A stretch of 53,630 bases of DNA, from positions 1-53,630 of the forward strand of contig JAYXXD010000003.1 in assembly GCA_036019775.1 (NCBI GenBank), written 5' to 3'. The notes under the pieces were generated by a model. The model had not been told where the DNA came from. It made no database searches and saw only the letters and a list, made by a program, of their open reading frames with translations. The DNA comes from Thermoplasmatota archaeon. GTDB taxonomy: Archaea > Thermoplasmatota > Poseidoniia > Poseidoniales > Poseidoniaceae. This document shows positions 8,697 to 16,214 of this stretch, one piece after another; position 1 is the stretch's first letter, and each line of letters opens with the position of its first letter. The position numbers and the translations under genes are program-made.

Positions 8697-9467
8697 ATGA
8701 AGACATTGGTGATTCCCCTATCGAGGACTGCCGTGGAGAAAGTTGACCAGCTTTTACAGCAATTCAGTTGTCCGAGAATTGTACTTATCCACACTGCAAA
8801 AATCGGTAGTACCGTTGATACGAATCTCAGACAACTTCAATCCTTTTTGTCCTCTAGAAACAAAAATCTTGAAATTATGGTCCAGCCACTAAGTTGTTCT
8901 GATTATCCATTTGCACTAGGGGAATCATTTTCTCGCTGGATTACTAGCGATGTTGAAAAAAACAGTACTCAATCATTTGATGTTGTCATCTCAGAGGATC
9001 TAGCATTGGGTTATTTCGTTGGATTAACATCACTTTCTCTTGAATCCATTCAATTACGATGTCATTTGTTGACAATAACAAATGATTTTACAAAACATGA
9101 TACGCATTTATTTGATCCTGAAAAAACGTTCAGAATTGCACAATTGCCACTCTTTGATGACATTAACAGAGCAAGAGATTTTTTCAGAGGAAAAAGTGGA
9201 ACATCTCGTATATTTTCCTATGTTCAGGCTTGGCATGATGAAGAGCGAAAGAGGTACAATGAGGATTCTTGGTTCAAGAGTAAAGACATACAAGAGTATG
9301 CAAAAAGAAATCGACAAGACCTAACACAGTCATTGATCACGAAACATCTTTCGATCATGGTTGACATGGGAGAATCGTTTCGAGTTATCGAACGAAATAA
9401 AGAAAACCAAACACTCTACAGGATAACGTCTGTTGGCAGGGCTTACAGTTGGCATAAGAAAAATTAG
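8697..9467 (+). CDS. Putative transcription regulator: N-terminal Rossmann-like (CARF/Csa3/DUF6293-like) domain + C-terminal winged HTH
   Basis: Beta-alpha N-terminus (KTLVIPL..RIVLIHT..FDVVIS), LP linker, wHTH (SKDIQ..LTQSLITKHLSIMVDMG..YRITSVGR). Divergent from the island operon. Confidence 0.6.
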   Translation: MKTLVIPLSRTAVEKVDQLLQQFSCPRIVLIHTAKIGSTVDTNLRQLQSFLSSRNKNLEIMVQPLSCSDYPFALGESFSRWITSDVEKNSTQSFDVVISEDLALGYFVGLTSLSLESIQLRCHLLTITNDFTKHDTHLFDPEKTFRIAQLPLFDDINRARDFFRGKSGTSRIFSYVQAWHDEERKRYNEDSWFKSKDIQEYAKRNRQDLTQSLITKHLSIMVDMGESFRVIERNKENQTLYRITSVGRAYSWHKKN

Positions 9468-9523
9468 AAATTCCTGATGGTAGTTCACGTTAATTTCAAA
9501 CAACATTGTTTCCTGGGCTGTTC

Positions 9524-10807
9524 ATGCACATTGTGATGGTCTCCGGAGAGTACCCTCCACGATGGGGTGGAATGGGTTCTGTCGTTTACAACCTTGCTGG
9601 CCACATGGCCCAACGCGGACACAAAGTGACCGTTATCACTCGAAAACACAAGCAAATGCCACCGACCCAAACAGGTGTTGAAGTCATTCCAGTTCGATGG
9701 GCTCCTCTACCGATGTCATTTACCAAGTCCTTTGGTAAGCACGCCATTAAGGCTCTCAATCAACTGAAGCGACGTCGCTCGATCGATGTTGTCAGTGTCC
9801 ATCTTCCCCTTGTTTCTTGGACTCGCAAACAGTTTCGGTACATCGAAGAAAACATTGCTCCAGTCGTGAGCACACTCCATGGTTCTTGGATTGGTGAGCG
9901 AGAAGGTGTTCGTCGAGCTGCATTGAATCGAGAGGCGGCAACGTGGAGAAATCCGAACGACCTCGCTATTCGCCTCACGGCTGGCTGGTATGCTCGTTAT
10001 GAGCGTGCAGGCGTCCTCGAATCAACATGCTGTGTAGCAGTCTCTCGCTCAACCAAAAAAGAGTTTCATGAATTCTACAAGATACCTGATGATTCGGATA
10101 TCGAAGTTGTACACAATGGATGCGATGCTCGCGTCTTCAGGCCTCCGAATAAAGACCATGAAAAGGAACAACTCGCACATGAACGAATTCGAAAAGAGTA
10201 CGGTTGTGCAGATGAAGAAGCTCTCAATTACGATCCAAAAACAAAGACGCCAATGATTCTTGCAGTTGGTCGCCTTGTCGCACGGAAAGGATATGTCTCA
10301 CTCTTGCGAGCATTACCATTGATTCTCAAAGAACATGAGAATGCGAAACTCGTCATTGTCGGTCGAGGGCACATGAAGAAAAAACTCCTGAAGATAGCAG
10401 AAGAATTAGGCGTTAGTCAATCGTTATTCATCAAGAGTGCAATGTCGTTTGAAGATCTTGCTCAACATTATCGTTCTGCAGATCTGGTCGTGTTCCCATC
10501 CTATTACGAAGGACAAGGACTCATCCCACTCGAAGCTCTTGCATCAGGAACGCCTGTTGTCACTGTTGACCAGGCCCCATTAACAGAAATGATTGATGAT
10601 ACGGTTGGAGGTCTCTTCGATCGTGGAGATTTCGTAGGACTTGCAAAAGCAGTTTGTGATGAACTCAATGGACACGTTCAGCGAATGAAGAAAGCAAAGG
10701 AAGGTCGAAAGCGCGTCCTCGAAAAATTCACCCTTGAAGGACAAGCAGAATCGTATGAGGACGTTTTCCTTCGTTCTGTTCAGAAACGACGTTGGCGCGA
10801 CTCTTGA
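9524..10807 (+). CDS. Glycosyltransferase family 4 (GT-B)
   Basis: EYPPRWGG, HNG.D, VGRLVARKG, PSYYEGQGLIPLEALASGTPVV (Ex7E). Start placed at ATG 9524. Confidence 0.92.
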   Translation: MHIVMVSGEYPPRWGGMGSVVYNLAGHMAQRGHKVTVITRKHKQMPPTQTGVEVIPVRWAPLPMSFTKSFGKHAIKALNQLKRRRSIDVVSVHLPLVSWTRKQFRYIEENIAPVVSTLHGSWIGEREGVRRAALNREAATWRNPNDLAIRLTAGWYARYERAGVLESTCCVAVSRSTKKEFHEFYKIPDDSDIEVVHNGCDARVFRPPNKDHEKEQLAHERIRKEYGCADEEALNYDPKTKTPMILAVGRLVARKGYVSLLRALPLILKEHENAKLVIVGRGHMKKKLLKIAEELGVSQSLFIKSAMSFEDLAQHYRSADLVVFPSYYEGQGLIPLEALASGTPVVTVDQAPLTEMIDDTVGGLFDRGDFVGLAKAVCDELNGHVQRMKKAKEGRKRVLEKFTLEGQAESYEDVFLRSVQKRRWRDS

Positions 10808-10816
10808 GTTGGAACT

Positions 10817-11287
10817 ATGCGTACTCGCCTCATCATCATGCGTCACGCCAAAAGCAGCTGGCCGGATGCAAATTTGGATGACCACGATCGTCCATTGAAC
10901 AAGCGTGGTCGCAGAGATGCACCCCGAATCGCACAGGAATTGCTCAATCGTGATTGGATTCCTGACCGAATTCGAGTGAGTTCTTCCAAACGGACCATTG
11001 AAACTCTTGAACTGATGGAACCAATCTCACTTAATTCAAGTATTGATGTTGAACCAAGCCTCTACCATTCAAACATAAGCACATTATTGCAAGCTGTTGA
11101 ACAAATTGAAGAAGGAAAGACAACAATGTTATTGAGTCATAATCCAGGAAGTGAGATTCTTGTTCATCAATTGTCAAATCGCCTTGAAGTGATGCCAACT
11201 GCAGCTGTTGCACTCTTTGAAAAAGAACAAAACGATTGGGCACTGATTGATGTGTTGCGACCAAAAGAATTGGAATATCTGAATTGA
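10817..11287 (+). CDS. sixA: SixA-type histidine phosphatase
   Basis: MRHAKSSW, DHDRPLNKRG, SS.KRT, SHNPG, MPTAA. Confidence 0.9.
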   Translation: MRTRLIIMRHAKSSWPDANLDDHDRPLNKRGRRDAPRIAQELLNRDWIPDRIRVSSSKRTIETLELMEPISLNSSIDVEPSLYHSNISTLLQAVEQIEEGKTTMLLSHNPGSEILVHQLSNRLEVMPTAAVALFEKEQNDWALIDVLRPKELEYLN

Positions 11288-11288
11288 C

Positions 11289-11374
11289 TACAAGGGTACC
11301 GTTGATAAGGGTCCTCTGAGAGCCCTTGTAAACAGGTGGATTATACACAAGGGTGTTTAGAATAACCCCTTGTG
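11289..11374. repeat. Two adjacent inverted repeats built from ACAAGGG/CCCTTGT
   Basis: TACAAGGG(11289-11296)...CCCTTGTA(11323-11330) and CACAAGGG(11346-11353)-N13-CCCTTGTG(11367-11374). Confidence 0.75.
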
Positions 11375-11522
11375 AACAAAAGTAAACTATTCATGCACTT
11401 GATTATTTTTCATTTCTTAAAATTGTAGTAAATGCTCCACATTCAAATAGTAATCCGTGTGTGATACATGGACTTTTGAAAAACATAGGATGGTTTATTT
11501 TACACGATTCGGACGGAATAGC

Positions 11523-13523
11523 ATGAGTAAAGGCGAGAGGCATAGCGTCTCCATAATTGAAAAGGTTGAGATTTTCGGTTTATTCGGACTCTATGATGAG
11601 ATCATTGAATTTCAAGATGATCAAAATGCTGTTCTTCTCTACGGGCTAAATGGTTCGGGAAAGACAACAGTGCTATCCATAATTAAGTCCTTGTTGAGTA
11701 GAGACTACATATCGTTAATGCGACTCCCTTTTGAGAGGGTAAAACTCTCGACAAAGCGGATAATCCCCCGAGAGCACACAGATTATTTGTATCTGTATAC
11801 CGATGATGTAGAAGAAATGCTTGAGATTGATGGGCAAGTGAACAACGTTTTCGACCCGCATGAACCTATTTTGGAATGGTTTGAGGATGAAGATGCAAGG
11901 AGTTATGATATCCAAATCAATCTTCCAAATTTTATTGAACATGAGGTATATGAACTGATTAGACGGCCGAACTCGAAGATAGACGTGGGTATATCGGATG
12001 TCCATGGCAACATTGAGGCAGATACTATCGTAAACACAGTAGGATTTGTTTTCGAAGCGAGGAGAGAGATAAATAGGAAAATTCATACAAAAAGTAAAGA
12101 ATTGGATCAGATTTTTTCTGATCTCATGCCTTTGTTTCAACAACAAAACGACATATGGAAATTGATGGGAGGATCTGTTTCTAAATCTGAATATATACGT
12201 ATGTTGTCTGAATGGGACTTAACCGATGATGATTGGGATGATATCGCCTCTAATTATTTTAATTCAAACTCATACTCGATATCGAGAGAATCAAATCAAC
12301 GGTACCAAATCGATAAGAACAAACTATACTCGACAAAGATACAAATAATTGACGAGGAGGGAGAAACAGTCTCTCCGATTGATTTTCTCAATTACCATCT
12401 GCCAGCGGAACTTTATGCTAATATTCAAATCAAAAATGCCGCATTTTATAACCCTGAAATTCAATTTGAAAACAACGAGAATACCCTGTTCCCTGGGTTT
12501 CTAAAAAATAACATGAATCGATATTATCACAGCCATATGTTATCGGATTTTTTCCTCGTGAAGGACGAACATTTGCGCCCCCAAGGTTCGCTTTACTGGT
12601 CCGAGAACCATCACGCACCCAATCTTTACAGAGATAATGTCAATATGGTGTTCCTGCCCGTATCTAGGATACTTGGTGATCGATATAATTCAAACTCAGA
12701 TTTAATCGAATTCGCAAAACAAGTTGAAAAGAGACATTTTGAAGCAATCGATTTCCTCAAAGAGCAGGTTCGGAACATAAAAACCATGATTGAGGCGGAG
12801 GGACTAGAGGCAGAAGATGACATTCAGTTTTATCAACAACCATACAGCGATGACGTCCGCAAATGGGGCTTCAATACTTGGAATGACATCAGCCGAGATC
12901 GTGAAAACACTCATCTCTGGATCGAGCTTTCTCTATTGGAACTCAATCAAAATGAGGAGAAATTTGCCATATGTATTCCAGATTTGCAAGAAACAATTGA
13001 GGAATTAGATGGTATGCTAGCGACTTCACCTGAAAAAAACCCAAAACAGGTGGTATTAAATCAACACAATGTAAGTGCTGAGAGCGTTTTATCCGCGATT
13101 TCTGATCTTTCCTCATTTTGGATTATTACAAAAATCCTAAGTAAACACTTCGACAAAACAATCACTTTAAACAAAAATGGCAAAGTAGAGGTATTCAACT
13201 CAATGGGTAAGAATATCCCTTTGTCGCTATTATCCTCAGGAGAAAAGCAACTCACACTTCTATATTGGAAAATTTTTAGTTCCATGAAAAGAAATCGAGA
13301 CACCCATGAAAATATTGTGATCATTGATGAACCCGAGCTTTCGCTACACATTTCTTGGCAAAGAGATTTTATCTCTAATTTACTTGACTTACTCGTGTTT
13401 CAGGAACGCTATGGCGATGAAGCAGAAGGTGGATATAACGTCAAAATTTTTGTTGCAACACACTCTCCGAGTATATTGGCAAATAACTTTGATTTTGCCA
13501 AAGAATTAGGGGCTGGAGAGTGA
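11523..13523 (+). CDS. ABC/SMC-like ATPase (AAA_15/AAA_21 family; PARIS AriA-like)
   Basis: Walker A GLNGSGKTT, signature LSSGEKQ, Walker B/D-loop IIDEPELSLHISWQ, H-loop ATHSP, with a long insertion between the halves. Start placed at ATG 11523 (ORF open from 11457). Confidence 0.88.
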   Translation: MSKGERHSVSIIEKVEIFGLFGLYDEIIEFQDDQNAVLLYGLNGSGKTTVLSIIKSLLSRDYISLMRLPFERVKLSTKRIIPREHTDYLYLYTDDVEEMLEIDGQVNNVFDPHEPILEWFEDEDARSYDIQINLPNFIEHEVYELIRRPNSKIDVGISDVHGNIEADTIVNTVGFVFEARREINRKIHTKSKELDQIFSDLMPLFQQQNDIWKLMGGSVSKSEYIRMLSEWDLTDDDWDDIASNYFNSNSYSISRESNQRYQIDKNKLYSTKIQIIDEEGETVSPIDFLNYHLPAELYANIQIKNAAFYNPEIQFENNENTLFPGFLKNNMNRYYHSHMLSDFFLVKDEHLRPQGSLYWSENHHAPNLYRDNVNMVFLPVSRILGDRYNSNSDLIEFAKQVEKRHFEAIDFLKEQVRNIKTMIEAEGLEAEDDIQFYQQPYSDDVRKWGFNTWNDISRDRENTHLWIELSLLELNQNEEKFAICIPDLQETIEELDGMLATSPEKNPKQVVLNQHNVSAESVLSAISDLSSFWIITKILSKHFDKTITLNKNGKVEVFNSMGKNIPLSLLSSGEKQLTLLYWKIFSSMKRNRDTHENIVIIDEPELSLHISWQRDFISNLLDLLVFQERYGDEAEGGYNVKIFVATHSPSILANNFDFAKELGAGE

Positions 13524-13575
13524 TTTTATTTCCTCTCCAAAATACACCTTCACCGAAGGAGGGATAGTATACAGG

Positions 13576-14415
13576 ATGATGAGAGCGATTAACAATGGAG
13601 AAAAATTCCTCATGTTGGAGGGTAATTTTGATCATTCCTTTTTCTCAAAATTACTGAGAGAACATCGTATAAGAGGGGTCACATTACTCAACCTTCATGA
13701 AGAAGACATAAATGTCGAATCGAATAAAGATTACATTCTTGGTTTCGTAAATGAGTATGCGGATGATTATTCCAACCTCTATGCATTTGTTGATGCAGAT
13801 TACGACTTTGCTGTAGATTCGATGAATCAACCTGGAGACTCTATTCTTCCATACTCGAAGAATATTTTCGACACCTCTCCGGCTACTGATCTAGATACAA
13901 AATTAATTTCATATCACAATGTCGAAAATTACCTACAATCAATCGGATGCAGGGATTCTGAGCACATCAGAATCTTGGCTATTTCGTCTATGCTTGGTTG
14001 TTTGAGATATCACAAACACAGCATGGAGAGATCAAATCATGGTGTCGTGTACGCAAATTTCTCGGGACTGTTGAAGAATTTGACTTCAGTTACTGAAAGA
14101 GTTTCATTCGAAAGTCTCGTAGGTGCTTTGAAGAAAGAATCAAAATCAATGGGATCATTAACAAAAAAATATTTTGAAAAAATGATGAAAAAAGGGGTAT
14201 ATGAGGACACATTAGCGAATTTTCAGAGGAAAGACCTCGCTCAATGCTCATACATTAGAGGGCATGACATTATGGAGGTTATTTGTGCAGTAAAAGGATG
14301 GAAAAAAATCCACAAGAATAAATTGGAGAAGGAATTAATAAAATCAAACTTAAAAAATTCCGATTTTGAAAGTATCGTGTTTAATTTAAATCAGAGTCAA
14401 GATTTAGATGCATGA
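13576..14415 (+). CDS. DUF4435/TOPRIM-like protein (PARIS AriB-like)
   Basis: LEGNFD (EGxxD), FVDADYD (DxD), DLDT and C-terminal RGHD. Directly downstream of the ATPase. The frame is open back to a CTG at 13513 overlapping the ATPase stop. Confidence 0.75.
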   Translation: MMRAINNGEKFLMLEGNFDHSFFSKLLREHRIRGVTLLNLHEEDINVESNKDYILGFVNEYADDYSNLYAFVDADYDFAVDSMNQPGDSILPYSKNIFDTSPATDLDTKLISYHNVENYLQSIGCRDSEHIRILAISSMLGCLRYHKHSMERSNHGVVYANFSGLLKNLTSVTERVSFESLVGALKKESKSMGSLTKKYFEKMMKKGVYEDTLANFQRKDLAQCSYIRGHDIMEVICAVKGWKKIHKNKLEKELIKSNLKNSDFESIVFNLNQSQDLDA

Positions 14416-14459
14416 AAAAAGGTGTATACAACGGATCCCCTCGAATACGTATACGGATA

Positions 14460-14474
14460 CAACCGTACCCTTGT
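14460..14474 (-). repeat. Inverted copy (14/15) of 11290-11304
   Basis: Reverse complement ACAAGGGTACGGTTG vs ACAAGGGTACCGTTG at 11290-11304. Confidence 0.75.
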
Positions 14475-14596
14475 GTTTGAATACGAATGAAAGGATGTTA
14501 TTTCCATACATCGATGTATTTTAGTAATTCAGTGATAAATTTCTCAAGCCATAACTTGTGGAAATCATAATTAGATTTCATTACATAAAAAATACA

Positions 14597-15307
14597 ATGG
14601 CAAGGTTTGTGTTAGTCTCATTCACGATATTATGTTTCACTTTTTGTTTACCAGGTTGCTTGGATTTTTCTGAAGGGGAAATCAACAACAGTGATGGCAT
14701 GGATGTTGATGAGTTGTATTACTTCTCTTCATATTTCGCTTTTGAGTTAGAGATAAAAAACGGTAACAATGTTACACTTGAGAATCAAAGGCTAGTTACT
14801 TGTGATGAGAAACCTTACGTTGGATGTATTGATGGAGAATTTAATGGCAATGAAATGAATTTCGAGGTCCCATTGAACTCAACAAAAGAACTCGGGATAT
14901 GGATTGACACTTCCACCTATTCCTCACCGATATTTGCAATGTATGAAACCACTGAAAGGAATGTAGGTTATATTTTCACGGATCAAGGCATTGGATTCAC
15001 CATGTTTAATACAAATTTCAACCAAACAAAGGCCGATGAATGGAACGTTACGGATGCAAATGGTGATGGGAAGTTACAAGTTTGCAACATTGGTTTATCT
15101 GAGGAACTATTGGAATATCACACACTATTCATTAATGAAATAAATGATAATTCAACGGTTGAAGAGCAAAACCATGTAGCATACCAAAGATTCCTTGAAT
15201 ATATCAGTCTCCTTGAAGATAAAAATTTAATCGATTTGTTCAACGATTATTGCGAAGTAGAATATTTAACTCATTTTTTAGTCATTGATACTTCAACTGT
15301 CGAGTAG
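14597..15307 (+). CDS. Putative archaeal lipoprotein, acidic, with Ca-binding-like motif
   Basis: Hydrophobic signal ending in lipobox-like LPGCL. DANGDGKL (DxDxDG-like). Start placed at ATG 14597. Confidence 0.65.
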   Translation: MARFVLVSFTILCFTFCLPGCLDFSEGEINNSDGMDVDELYYFSSYFAFELEIKNGNNVTLENQRLVTCDEKPYVGCIDGEFNGNEMNFEVPLNSTKELGIWIDTSTYSSPIFAMYETTERNVGYIFTDQGIGFTMFNTNFNQTKADEWNVTDANGDGKLQVCNIGLSEELLEYHTLFINEINDNSTVEEQNHVAYQRFLEYISLLEDKNLIDLFNDYCEVEYLTHFLVIDTSTVE

Positions 15308-15405
15308 AGCGATATTCATTCTGAACGCTAAGTATATTCAACCACGAAATAAATGAAGCAGAGGTTTCAGCAAGGGTTGTTCGATAATATCCATGTACAC
15401 TCCTT

Positions 15406-16110
15406 TCAGTCGCCTTTTCTTTGTCTTAAGGATTCAACTGCAAGAACACTAATCGCAACTTGAAGATTGTATGAAGGGACGAATCCATCCATTGGCAATC
15501 GGACAATTTCATCACATGCTTCTAGGACTTCTTGTGAAACTCCTTCACGTTCAGCTCCGACAACAAACAACACGTTACCAGTCATGTCGGTATCCCAAGG
15601 TTCAACAGTTCCGATATCTTCTGCTGCTAAAATTCTGAAGTTGTTCTTTTTTGCTTCGTTGATGATGGATGTAGTATCGCTGTAAACAACGGGAATAAAT
15701 CGATCTGCTCTCATGCTTGAGCGACGAATCGTTCGTCGATCTTGATGTGTTCTTGGAATGTTGAGAACAACCGCGTCTGCACCACTCACCTCAATCGTTC
15801 GTATTCCGAATCCAAGATTTGTTGGATATTGGACGCCATCGAGAAGCCATATTGAACCGCCGCGTTCAAAGATTTCCTGAAGTGAACCATGCGGTTCCCT
15901 ACCGATAAGGGCTAATGCATCAGTATTTCCAATTGCTGACATACGCCATAGATCGTTGGTTGATCCTTCCTCAAGCGGGATGCCTTGGCGTTCACATTCT
16001 TGTCGTAGCGCTTTCGTGTCCATTTCTCTATCAACGAGGACAAGCCGAATGTCATGGTCCGTTTGGAGCATGGAAAGAATCGTTTCCGAGCCTTGCACCT
16101 GATTGGCCAT
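15406..16110 (-). CDS. SpoU/TrmH-family (SPOUT) RNA 2'-O-methyltransferase
   Basis: LDGVQYPTNLG..IRT, VGAEREGVS, RLPMDGFVPSYNLQVA. Confidence 0.9.
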   Translation of the reverse strand: MANQVQGSETILSMLQTDHDIRLVLVDREMDTKALRQECERQGIPLEEGSTNDLWRMSAIGNTDALALIGREPHGSLQEIFERGGSIWLLDGVQYPTNLGFGIRTIEVSGADAVVLNIPRTHQDRRTIRRSSMRADRFIPVVYSDTTSIINEAKKNNFRILAAEDIGTVEPWDTDMTGNVLFVVGAEREGVSQEVLEACDEIVRLPMDGFVPSYNLQVAISVLAVESLRQRKGD

Positions 16111-16214
16111 GTGCTGGGGTGATGCCGGTGCGGTTTGACTTTAATGGGGAATTGGGTTGAAATCAGTAACATTGGTGAAATCATCATAAGCAATGTGCAT
16201 CGGTGAAAAGTTGA

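Larger units (their letters stand above)
146..9480. mobile_element. Putative tRNA-anchored genomic island (no integrase in window)
   Basis: Begins right after the tRNA CCA. Visibly more AT-rich than the genes from 9524 onward. Contains only accessory genes. No integrase or tRNA-3' duplication seen. Confidence 0.55.
11289..15405. mobile_element. AT-rich accessory insert (ATPase/DUF4435 pair + lipoprotein) between sixA and the TrmH gene
   Basis: Compositional shift. Related repeat sites at 11289-11374, 14427-14474 and 15371-15396. No recombinase in window. Confidence 0.5.

Noticed and set aside
9468-9523. Possible attR (duplicated tRNA 3' end) or integrase closing the first island
   Set aside because: No copy of GGGAGTGGGGACCA or similar was seen here or near 15400, and there is no recombinase ORF in the window.
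11289-11380. CRISPR array or canonical integron attC/dif site
   Set aside because: No equal-length direct repeats with unique spacers, no clear RYYYAAC/GTTRRRY box pair, and the arms do not fit a clean 11-6-11 dif layout. Kept only as unexplained inverted repeats.
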